DNA of 64,000 nucleotides from the NCBI GenBank assembly GCA_008632985.1, contig QPGO01000099.1, positions 227,679 through 291,678 on the forward strand, given 5' to 3'. Source of the DNA: Psammoneis japonica. Taxonomy: Eukaryota. Shown here piece after piece: positions 12,134-23,076 of this stretch. Both the position numbers and the translations under genes were made by a program. The notes under the pieces were generated by a model. The model was not told the DNA's origin, ran no database searches, and saw only the letters and a list, made by a program, of their open reading frames with translations. Position 1 is the stretch's first letter; each line of letters opens with the position of its first letter.

Positions 12134-14133
12134 ATGTATGGCATCGCAAAACAATCGGAAAAGAAGCGATATGCCGGCCGTCGCAGAGTCGAAGAAGAAG
12201 AAGAAGAAGTGCTGCAACCGCGCACTTCAAGCGGACACAGGGAATCACAGAATAGCGTTAATACAGGGGATAGCAAAAACAGGATAGAACGAAGAAAGAA
12301 AGATAAACTCGCGGAAGAACAGGTTGAGGAAATAGTCTTGAATGATCAAGATGAATCAGTATGTGCTGCACCTAATATCAGGAGCAAGGCGAAGAAGAAA
12401 AGGTATCCGCAGCATGCTATCGAAGAAGAGCATCACGATGAAGAAAATAACGTCGAAGAGGTAGCGTCCCCGCTTGCTGGTGCTTATGCTGTCAATGGAG
12501 AAGTGGTGGTGCGGCGAACCGGTGAAGATGACGCTCTAACTATCATGCCCGAAGAGATGATGGAGAGTGTCCAATCACCTCCGTTGTCGCGGCCTTCACC
12601 ACATCGTGGTGATTCTAGTGTTCTTCATGTTCAGTCGGAGCTTGTGAAACCGGTGGATGACATGAAGGCAGAAATTAACTATCTACAAGCAGAAAACGAA
12701 CGCCTTCAGTCATCACCACCGGATATGCCTGTTGTGGAAGCTGAGGTTGCACAGGAAAAGACGATCAATAAGAAGGGACTTTTCATTTGTATTGCTCTCG
12801 GAGTAATGGTATTGGCCGGTGTTGTCGTGGCAGTGACAGTATCTCTGTCGAACTCTGGTAGCAACAGTTCCAGTGAAACCCAAAGCCGAGCGGAATCGCC
12901 GACTAGTGCTCCGGAATCGCCGAGTAGTGCTCCAACCATTGCTACGACCATAAGTCCCACCGGTGTTCCTTGGCTACAAATCGGTGAAAAGGTGAATGGA
13001 AAAGTCGAGGGAGATGAGTTTGGAAGATCTGTCGCATTATCGAGTGATGGCATGGTCATGGTGGTCGGTACTAGGACGGACAGTACTCCGAGCTATGTTT
13101 CGGTGCTCAGATTCGATGAATCAACCCGGTTATGGATGCTGCAGCAAGATCTGTCCATCGGGACAGATGTTGGCTCTGTGTCGATTAACAGTGACGGCAG
13201 CGTCCTTGCTGTTGGATCGATTTCTGGTGACACCGGCGGAGTCTTGGCAGGTCTTGCTCAAGCATATGAACGCGATACGGAAACGGATCGTTGGGTCCAG
13301 CGTGGAAATGATATTATCGGAGAAAGGGAACGAGACTATTTTGGACAATCCATATCTTTGTCTGGTGCTGGCGACGTGCTTGCTGTAGGAGCATCACCGA
13401 ATATCAGCAACAATAACTCAAGCCTGGAAGCGTTCGTATCTTCAAATATAACCTTGACTCGTCGTCGTGGGAGCAGCTTGGGCAGACGCTAACTGGTCTC
13501 GGGTCAAACGATCGTTTCGGGCAGTCCGTATCCCTGAGTAAGTCAGGGAATATCATTGCTGTTGGAGCTTGGGGTACATTCTCCAGTGGTAGGGATGCTG
13601 GTCGAGTCACCATCTATCAGTTTTCTCCGTCGTTGTCTGAATGGGCTCCAATGGGTTCTCCAATCGATGGTGAGCGAGATGAGGGTAGGTTTGGACTTTC
13701 TCTTTCCTTAGATGACAGCGGATTTATTGTAGCAGTTGGTGAGGTTTTGCGCGACTTTTATGAGCGTGTGACGATTTTTGCTTTTGACAGTGCCACTTCG
13801 GCATGGGGTCAACGTGGACAACCTATTTTGGTTCGAGAACAAGGTTCCCGCAATGGCATCTCCGTGTCGTTAAGCGGAAATGGCGCTATTGTTGCTGTCG
13901 GAAGTGGTCACGGTGGAGGTCGAGGTCAAGTAGCAGTATTTCAATATGAAGCAGAGGCCCCTCAGTGGAATCAGCTGGGTGAAGTTATTTTAGGTGACGC
14001 CATTTCATTAGAGTCATTTGGAAATTCTGTTGCCTTGTCCGCCGATGGAAGAGTTGTTGCTGTTGGCGATGAAGAAAGTGATCCTGGTGGAATGAAAAAT
14101 GCCGGTTCGGTTTACGCATTCACCCGGCAATAA
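12134..14133 (+). CDS. Shorter paralogous type II membrane FG-GAP beta-propeller protein
   Basis: Start MYGIAKQS, shared motif EINYLQAENERLQSSP, TM LFICIALGVMVLAGVVVAV and FGxSVALSxDG repeats. Frameshift at ~13420. Confidence 0.85.
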
Positions 14134-14399
14134 CAAATCATTTATGCATGCGTTCTAGCAATACCCTTGATTGACTCTACAATGGTTCATTCCGTACAGT
14201 TCAACGGTCAAATTAGTAGACCGTCGATTTTGTTAGCTCTCGTTTAGACACCAAGCAAGACTAAAGAATAGCCAGGCACCGGTCCGGCTCTTATTTGCCT
14301 TTAATAATTGTATCTTAGGGTCAAGTCTTGCAAAAAGAAGCGAAGGAAACAGTCGAAATGCCTGCCAACAACTTCAGCGTAATTTTTCAGAAACTTTAA

Positions 14400-15600
14400 G
14401 ATGACTGCCTTATCGTTGACGAAGCAGAGCAAGGGGATGAATGCGATGCAAGATGACAACTTCTGTTGAAGGTCAACTCTCCAGGCTGTCTGCCACTAGA
14501 AGGAAAGTTGGTCCACATTTTCATTGTGAAGTGTTTGCTTGCTTGATGGCACAATTCATCGTCCCACTGGCTCTTTTCTGCCAGCCACGCCAGGGTTGTG
14601 TTGCTGACGTTTTCCATCTGCATGACACTGTTCGATGAACAATTGTCTGCCACCTGGGCAGGCTCCAACAGAGAAGGCATGCTGGCATTGTTGTGTGTCA
14701 TTTGTGTCAACATGGGAAAGGTTTCTTTGTTGCAAAGATTTGGTGTTCCAGCCCAATCCATAGATTCCTGCAAGAGGGGGACACACGTGCGTGCATTTCT
14801 TTCACATCAAACTTGCTTCCAGAGCTGCCATTTCCAGTTTGTGCTCCTGTGAAAAAGATTCTTTAACTCTCTTTTATCCTGACAGGCTTTCAGCCAGCTT
14901 CGGGGGCATCTTTGGAAGCCTTGAACCACGTCAGGTCGCCGGCACGTTTGGGGGTTTCCTGGTGCAATTTGTGCAAAAAAGAAAACATGCAGGATCTGTC
15001 CAGCATTTCCAAATGCCCCAATTGCTCTGATTGAAAGATCATTTTAGCACAAATGCTGTGCAACTTTCTCGGACAGTCTCATTTCCAAAAACGTTTCCCA
15101 GGCTGGTTGCCACATTTGTTCGCCCCATGGCCAAAGTGTCACAAAAGCAAGGACGAGCTTGCATGCACAATTTGACAGACAAACACAGCAGTCTTCTTTT
15201 GTTCTCTCTGCCAGAGACCAAGCATCTCCTTTCTGCTTGACAGAACACTGGGCGCCCACGATCATTGTCGCCTGGTCTGCGTCTTTCCAGGTTTGCAAAA
15301 CAGAGCAACGGCGCAAAACCCAAGCACTTCAGACATCATGGCAAAGGAGGCACCCCACACCAAAGTCACCTGAGCTCCCCCTGTCTTGCCCATGAAGGCA
15401 GCAAATGATGCGCCAGGTGTCCCGCCCAAATGACGAGCCATTGCAGGCAATCAAGCAAATGAGGTTCAAGGAAGAACACAGACGAACAAACCATCAAACA
15501 GCACCAACACATGCATGACCCACACAATTGTGCTCTTCTTCCAGCTCCAAGCAACAGTTGTGTTTGCTCCCATTGATGCAAGGTGGCCCCGGATGTGGCT
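14400..15600. other. TpA/CpG-depleted block 1 (hypermutated relic of unknown origin)
   Basis: By eye TA dinucleotides are nearly absent and TG/CA abundant. Six-frame ORFs are Cys/His/Trp-rich and Tyr-free. The block ends abruptly at TACCCTCTCTAGCTAG (15601). Confidence 0.8.
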
Positions 15601-15874
15601 TACCCTCTCTAGCTAGTTGGCCTTCAGAAATGGGCGCCGAATGACTGTGTGGTTGTGTCTCTGCCAGTCTTCCGTGGATCGTACAGCCAGCAGGCTCTTC
15701 GTGAAGATCGATCTATCGCTGCTCAGGCCATTTTTGTGTCACCTCAGCCACGTCATGACACGTCATGACACGTCACGAATCCTCAATCTTTTCTTCTCAT
15801 TTCCTGCTTGCCCACTTTTCACTTCCGACCTCATTCTTGGAACAACAAAATCGCAGAAAGACATTATTTGCACC

Positions 15875-16528
15875 ATGTCACCCTGGAATCGTCTAGACGA
15901 CTTTGACAATGATGACATGTCATCCTTATCAAGTACCGAAAGTAGCAGTACTATCCCGAAAACAAGAAAATCGGTTCGTTTCTCGAAAGATACACCCACC
16001 GTTGTTCATGTCGAAAAGTGCGCTGACAAACACAAGCATCAGTGCTTTTACACGGGCAACGAATATCTATCGATATCGCATGAGTGTCGTGAACTAATTC
16101 AAGATGCTAAAGAGAACAAAATTTCGGATGATTCTTTACTCCGCGGTTTGGAAAAGATCATGAGCGCCGAACGAAATGCAAACCAACGAGCCATAGTTGG
16201 AGCGGTAGTAATGGCGCAAGACAATCGAAGTCCTGCGATGCTGTCGTCCATGTATAGAATTGTTTCGACACGAGCTCGACAAGAAGCGCTTAGCGTGGCT
16301 GCTCAAGATGCCGAATTGTGTCGACAAGAACAACAAGACGAATCAGAGACGAATAATTTGGTGGACTTTTCTCAAAAGAATGCCTACAAGATTCACCCTA
16401 CTAAAGAACGGGAGTCAAAACGCAAGTCTGCGAAAAGCAAGACGAAAAAGAAGAGAAGAAGTTTCCTTTCGCGAATTGGCAAACCTCGTGTGATGAATGT
16501 CGAATCGGCGTCGGCGTGCGTCATGTGA
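15875..16528 (+). CDS. Diatom-type hypothetical protein (KSVRFS...FYT.NEY..I..EC...LRGLE family)
   Basis: Motifs shared with 16895-17668 and 62005-62646; ATG in CACCATG context. Confidence 0.75.
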   Translation: MSPWNRLDDFDNDDMSSLSSTESSSTIPKTRKSVRFSKDTPTVVHVEKCADKHKHQCFYTGNEYLSISHECRELIQDAKENKISDDSLLRGLEKIMSAERNANQRAIVGAVVMAQDNRSPAMLSSMYRIVSTRARQEALSVAAQDAELCRQEQQDESETNNLVDFSQKNAYKIHPTKERESKRKSAKSKTKKKRRSFLSRIGKPRVMNVESASACVM

Positions 16529-16894
16529 GAACTATGGTGCATTGTACATATTTGAATTATTTTCTATAGAACACAATCATACGTATAACTTATAACACAA
16601 GCCGTTCCCTCACAAGCATTAAGGACAAGACGAGATCAAACTTAACTTACTTGGATACTGAAGCTGACGACCCCGAGCCCCGAGAGCGCAGGGAGACAGG
16701 CGACTGGCCGACGTTATTTGCGCGAATTCCGAATTCCCGCCAAATTTGAAAATTCAGTCCCGCACTTCAAAAGGCGACGTCAGCCAAAAGCCAAAGCGCG
16801 ATCTTTTGCTCACAAATCTCATTCTTTCGACACTTCTTGCTCGCCGAAACCACCACATCTTGCGTTCTCGCTCTTTTTATGTTTGTAATCGACC

Positions 16895-17668
16895 ATGTCA
16901 CCCCTAATTCGTCTATGTAGCTCTCAGGATATCAGTGATGATAACTCGTCAACCATATCCAGTTTTGGTAGTGGCAACGTCATAAAAACTACACCGAGCA
17001 CAAGAAAGAAATCGGTTCGATTTTCAAAAGCCGACACAATGCGCATCATTAACAAGTACACAGATACAGAAAGGAAAGAGTCTTTTTACACACAGAATGA
17101 GTATCGAACCATATCTCAGGAATGCTATAAAATTGTTGAGCGCACTGTTCAAAAAGAACCGTCGAGTGCTACCACTCCTCGAGATCACGAGTATGACGAC
17201 GACGACTCGTCGTCACTCCGTGGCTTGGAACGGTTTCTAAGTAACGAGAGAATCCATTGGCAACGCGCCATTGTGGTGGCAGTTGTCAAGGCCCAAGATA
17301 ATCGTCATCCAACGACATTGGCATCACTTTATCGAATTGCAACTACAAAGGCAAGGCATCAAGCACGAGAGGTTGCCGCCATGGATGCCGAGGAGTGTCT
17401 AAAGGTTCAAATACAAGAATTTGTTAGAGCATCTCTACAAGAAAATGACAAACGGAAAGCGACAATGCAATCTCATCCCTTTCTACTACTTCAAGACAAG
17501 AGCAATAATGACGAACCAAGAAAGGACATGGATGAGCCATTATCTCTCGCTAAAGAGACGGCGGAACCTGGCCTCACATCAACTCCGGCTTACACTGAAC
17601 ATTCCGGCCATGGTGAGAATACCAATCCGCCAATGAGTGTCAAATCTGCCGTATTGTGTGCCATGTGA
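16895..17668 (+). CDS. Tandem paralogue of 15875-16528
   Basis: TRKKSVRFSK, FYTQNEY, LRGLE, AQDNRHP and C-terminal MSVKSA..CAM all match the upstream gene. Confidence 0.8.
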   Translation: MSPLIRLCSSQDISDDNSSTISSFGSGNVIKTTPSTRKKSVRFSKADTMRIINKYTDTERKESFYTQNEYRTISQECYKIVERTVQKEPSSATTPRDHEYDDDDSSSLRGLERFLSNERIHWQRAIVVAVVKAQDNRHPTTLASLYRIATTKARHQAREVAAMDAEECLKVQIQEFVRASLQENDKRKATMQSHPFLLLQDKSNNDEPRKDMDEPLSLAKETAEPGLTSTPAYTEHSGHGENTNPPMSVKSAVLCAM

Positions 17669-18689
17669 ATGGATATACAAAACAGCACTGGGGCAGGGTT
17701 GATGAACAAGATTTAGCTACTAAGTAGGGCACAATTTCACATTGCTTACGGAGTCAATTAAAATGTAATTATCGGCACAGCAACTGAATCTTTATACTGA
17801 TGAATTGAAGACCGATGCCGCACAGTAGCTCAAAAACAGACAACATGGTGGGTCGATGCTATTTTGCTCCTCGAGTGGCATTCGTGACTCGATTTTCGCG
17901 CGACATTCGGAGAGTTATTGACACTCGTGACTCAATGCAAAACGCGAAAAATCCAAAATTCTGCATCCGAAATCCGAATAAGCGGCTACTTCACTTCCAT
18001 GCAAGACTCCACTTTCTCTCTCTCTCTCTCTGCCTTGAACGAGCAAACCAACGCCTACATGCGACAACGACGGTTTTAATGTGCTTCCCTCTCTTTCCAA
18101 GCTTGGAAAAAAAAATCCGGAAAGTCTGCGCCGTCGATCGTCTTCGCATAGTGAATTGTGAATTGGCACGTACTGTCACGTGCCGGAGGGCGGGTCGCAA
18201 AAACGCTTCTTGGGTCGTCGTTGAAGTCGTCATGACCTTTTCCCTCTCGAGAGCTTCCTAAGAGCTGTGAACACAAATATGGTTTCAGGAAGCAGAAAGC
18301 TACAAGCGTAGACAAGAACAGAGCATCTCTCCTCCCGACGAATAAAGCGGGTGCTGCGTCTCGTGTCGTGATGGGGAAAAAGCAGAGCCGCCTGTGACGA
18401 AGAACTGGCAAGTCATTATACTTTCCCCGAGCTTAGCTGATGCTTAGCCTGCTTTTGCTTACCCCATATTACTACAATTGCAATCCATGCTTGTGGGACA
18501 ACTTCTTGTGGGGTTATATTCTGCGAAGAAAGCTGGAAACTTGTTCTAATGTTGTTGGCACTCATGCTTGAATAGGGTGAGCGCCAAGCGTACAGCTAAG
18601 CACCTTCTACTGTGAATTCAATCCCTACTATTGCAAGTCTAGAGAGAGGAACAATACAAGAGAAAATGGGACAGCTATGTATCTCGACA

Positions 18690-19394
18690 TTAGGGAGTCT
18701 CCTCACCAGAGTCGTCCCCAAAAGCCGTCGCTGCTCCACTGAACTTCTTACGACGCTCTGCCTTCTTGAGTTTCTGTTTCTGATCGTAGTGGAAGTATCC
18801 AATGTAACCGACAGCGAACAAGAAGGCGAGGAGACCAAGAACAAAACCAGCTGTTGCAAGCCCCTTCCACTCGTCATCTTTGTCGCTAGGAACGTAGTTC
18901 GTGACAAAATCAGCAGTTCCGTGATCACACGTATCATCCACAAGGGACTGCATCCTCATGGAGGCCCTCTCGAAGGAATCGTCGGCTCTCCCTTCGACTC
19001 CAGTCGCGGTGCAGCTCTTGGAAACACAGTCCATCACGTTCATGTAGAGAAACATGATGTTAGTATTTGGACAGTCGGTGGTTGCATTGAGCATAATGGT
19101 TTGCCCTCCGGCAGCGTCGCAAGCGTCTTTAAAGGCGCTTGATGAGTCCAAAGACTCGTAGTTGATATTACAAAACCCTTCGCCGTCGAAGCAGCTCGCA
19201 CCACGGTTCACTTCTGCCTTGAGCATATCATAGGCTTCCTCAAGATCGGAGTTCTTGGAGTACATGGATTTTGTGTCGTCCAGGCATTTTTGCGTCACCG
19301 CCAAGCCACGATGAAAGACCGACAACCCCGCAGAGGCAGTGGCAGCAACCGACGAGAGGACGAGGATGGCCGCAGGGACATTCATTTTCGACAT
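18690..19394 (-). CDS. Type I membrane protein with signal peptide and Cys-rich ectodomain
   Basis: Signal peptide (AAILVLSSVAATASA), 8 Cys, TM GLATAGFVLGLLAFLFAVGYIGYF and a basic cytosolic tail. Confidence 0.8.
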   Translation of the reverse strand: MSKMNVPAAILVLSSVAATASAGLSVFHRGLAVTQKCLDDTKSMYSKNSDLEEAYDMLKAEVNRGASCFDGEGFCNINYESLDSSSAFKDACDAAGGQTIMLNATTDCPNTNIMFLYMNVMDCVSKSCTATGVEGRADDSFERASMRMQSLVDDTCDHGTADFVTNYVPSDKDDEWKGLATAGFVLGLLAFLFAVGYIGYFHYDQKQKLKKAERRKKFSGAATAFGDDSGEETP

Positions 19395-20196
19395 CTTTCT
19401 CGCGGATCTTTTCAGGTCTTCTCTTCTTCTCTTTTCAGTTTTTTAACTACATCCACACAGATGTGTACGCACCTCGTACTCCCAGTACTACAGTGTTGGT
19501 AAAGTCCATTGCAAAAAATGGCGGGAAAAAATGAGGCAGACGCGCAAAACGTCGAATCTTTGATGGGAAGATTCGGTGCTGTCTTGTGCTCCTTGCGATC
19601 TTTTGTTGAAAATACTTTATATTCAGCCTCGCATACTATGTTTTAGTGATATTGCGTCGGAAAGCCGCATCAGGGGGGGCACACCAAATGCGATACTCGA
19701 CGGAAACGCAGCGGTATGACGCGGAAGATTCGACAGATTTGACACATCAAGGAGGCTCCTCGCCACTTTTTGCAAGAGAAAATCATTTGGGCTGGTTTGC
19801 GACTGTCGATCACAATAAGAAAGCGGAGACGAAGTGCTGAGAGATTCAGAGAAGATGCAAAGAGATTCCAGTGCTGGAAACATAGCAAAGATATCGTGAC
19901 ACCCGTGTACTGAACATACAGTGTCTTAGATGATGGATCTATTCGCAACAGGTGTCAAGAGTATCCTGTCAACAGCTGCTGCATTCGAAACTCACCCTTA
20001 CATTACGTAGAGCCTCTACTTGGTACTGATGAAAGTTCCGGTGAATCTCTAGAACGGAAGCGGCATAAAAAGTGCGTCGAGAGATTCATGGAAGATGCTA
20101 CAAGCTGTCGCCACCATTTTCAGTTCACGGCTTCCTCAAAAACTCCCGGCACGAAAAGATACGGCTGATCTCAGAAATCTTTTTTTGGTCGTAACC

Positions 20197-23076
20197 ATGG
20201 TTCGATTTACCTCTTTCGTGCAAGTGTTGTTCGTGGCAAGCGCAGCCATGGTAGCTGGCGAAGACTTGGGAAAGGTAAGAGACATGGAAATTCGGGAGGG
20301 ATCGTGGGCGATTTGCAGTGCCCCTCGTCCCTCGCTCTTTGTTCTGATGAATTCTGTTGCAGATAAACTCCCTCGTAGAGAAAGCCACCACTCGTTTCCT
20401 ACAACTCAGTGGACTCCAAGGCGCCACATGCATGGATCCTGGGTTTGACTCCAGCATCGATGAAAACTTCGGGAAAATTATGTCGACCATTGTGAATGCG
20501 GACGGCTTGACCGAGGGCATTGCGCAGTACGAGGAAATTGGGGTGACGGTGGGGTCCACCACTGCATTGATCCCAGAAGCGGCTGATGCGGCCGTGTCGG
20601 GCGCAACCATCGAGGATGGCATGAGCGGTGATATTGTAAGTCGAGCGCTCTAGAACGAGAAGTGCTGTAACTTGAACAGAGACCGTGTAACTCACCACAG
20701 TCCACTGTTTGCGCTCTTCAACTCAGGACTTTCCCCACGGCAAACTCAAGCCCATTGCTACGGTCGGCGAGCGTAGCATCTGCGGTGAAACTTACGGAGA
20801 GAAGATTGTTGGGCATCCTGATGGTTGTGGCGCGTATCTTGTCGACGACAGTGCCCTTCGTGTCATTGTCCAGAGCGAAGGATACGGGCCTATTCGAGGT
20901 TTTGAATCGTAAGTGCACAAAGTCTCAAAATGTGCTGCTAGATGAATCCATTCTTTCGGCAGCATCTGAACTCATAGACAACACTCTCCCATCCCTCAAA
21001 ACAGGTGCACGTTTCCCGCCAATGACGGAACCGCGCATTTTGGAGGCTCACACATTCAGTTTGTGGACTGCAACCGCGAAGACTTTGCCACATTTATGGC
21101 GATGAACGAACCTGCCTCCTCGATGGTGATTGGGTTTGGTGAGATGATTGAGAAGGCGTACAACCTCAAGGGCGAGCCAGTTGGCCCTCGCAACGGCAAG
21201 AACGAGACTGCCATGGGAGCGCACTACGGAAACACTGATGAAAAGGGCGTTTACGTGGCCAAGGAAATGGCAGCCGAGGGTGATTGGTTCTTTCAATCCC
21301 TTTGCTCGGCCCACTTGGAACAGAAACACCAGGTAAGTGCAAAATTCATTGAGCCATGACGCCGCTCATGCACAGGGCTCACTCTTTATTGGCAAACGAC
21401 CATTCTCCAGTGGGGAGAAGGCATTGGAATGGAAGATAACATCTTTATCACCAACGAAGAATGGATGGCATACGATGTCACGAAAGAGTTCGTCGGTCTT
21501 TCGGTGAGCATTGTCACTGCACATGATCATCCTCTCTTTACATTGGAACGAAAGACTCTGACGCGTTCCGCTTCTTTTCATGCTTTTCATGCTGTCGCTT
21601 GCGACAGACCCACGTTCTTGACATTGCCACCAAGAGCTTGTACGCCGTTGGTGTCTTTACCAACGGCGGATTCGAAAAGAGTGTCGAGATCAACTCCAAG
21701 AATCCGGGCTATGTTATGTGTGCAGTTTCAGGGTGCAATGGTGCATACGACGACAAGGACATTATTCCCCAAGTCCTCCTAGACAAGAGAAACGAGGAGT
21801 ACGGTCCCCGTCCCGACGGCAAGAACTGCACGTGGCCAAAGGACATTGTGCCGCACCGCATCTATGTGGGCCTCAAGGGCAAACTGGAAGACGGCAGCGA
21901 CGCTCCGGAGGACGATTTCTTGGCCCGTAACGGTTTCAAGCATGGACAGCTCTATGGCTTTGCCATCAACATGACGGAATCGGGTCCCACCGGCGGTGTC
22001 TTTCGGGACGAATGGCACAAGAACGCCACCAATGGCGACAGCGTAACTGGCAAGTGGATTGCCCAGCCCTGGCGTTGGAATGGAGAGGTCCGCAACTTTC
22101 AGCACGATGGAGCTTGGGACTGCCAGCATGTGCCGCCAGGCGGTGAGGCTGGAGGTGAGCTCGAGGGCTTCCTCTGGTGGAACTCCAATGGATACGATGC
22201 GAAGGGCTGCAAGACGGAGCACTTGTCTCCTGACCCTAGGGCTGGGAACACAGCCTTTGTCCAAGGTAGCACATGTAAGTGGAAGCACTTGAATCTTCAG
22301 TGTCCTTTGCAAATGATTTTGTTCCTCATTTTTGATTTACTTCTTTTGTTGTAGGTGGCTACTTTGGGCATGCCTACGTGCAAGATGTGGACACGGTTCT
22401 GGCAGCTGCCAATGGCGGTTTCCCCGATTCGTTTGATGGTTCTTACCATGTCTACCAGGGAGAGACAGACATTACCGCCCAGATCGAATTGGGTGGCAAG
22501 GGTCAACACACGCAAGGCCGCGATGCGACGCGCAACTGGGACAGCACCGACGGCGAGGGCAAGGTGACCTTTGAAGACATTGACGGTCTCGAAGTGTTGG
22601 AGGCAGCAGATGGAAATCTGTACGTGGTGCTTCAGGAAGACTCCGGCAGCAAGCTCGGAGAGCGCATGTTCATCAGTGGTCCATTGGAACACGAGTCGGA
22701 CGGAAATGACTTGACCTATTACCTGGTGGCCGTATCGGGTGGAGCGGAGAATTCCCGTCAAGTTGCCGGAGTGGGAATTCCTGCAGGATCCATGTGCTTT
22801 GATGGAGAAAAGTTCGAGTCGGATGCCAATGAGTTCTCTGGAGTGTTCGACCTGTCCGGTCTACTTGTCAAGGACGAGCTTGGAAACTTTGCCATGACGG
22901 CCGCTGACGACGGGGCCTCCAAGCGTCTCTATGACTCTCAGGTGGCCATCAATGACAAGTACGTCCTTCTGATTCTTCAGGCCAAGAATATGAAATGTGG
23001 CCTCGTCGAGACCTTCCAGGCCGATCGCGGTGGACAGTGGCTTTTGTATCAGCCGGATCTTCCAATCAGTACTTAG
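20197..23076 (+). CDS. Secreted atypical alkaline phosphatase (PhoA-aty-like, diatom/dinoflagellate type), multi-exon
   Basis: Signal peptide MVRFTSFVQVLFVASAAMVAG. Motifs DFPHGKLKPIATVGE, PDG.GAY, QSEGYGP, FQSLCSAHL, FITNEEW, GGFEK, KTEH, TFEDIDGLE, QEDSG. Introns at approx. 20275-20362, 20636-20700, 20909-21004, 21333-21410, 21504-21607 and 22275-22354. Family assignment is from recall, not a search. Confidence 0.75.
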
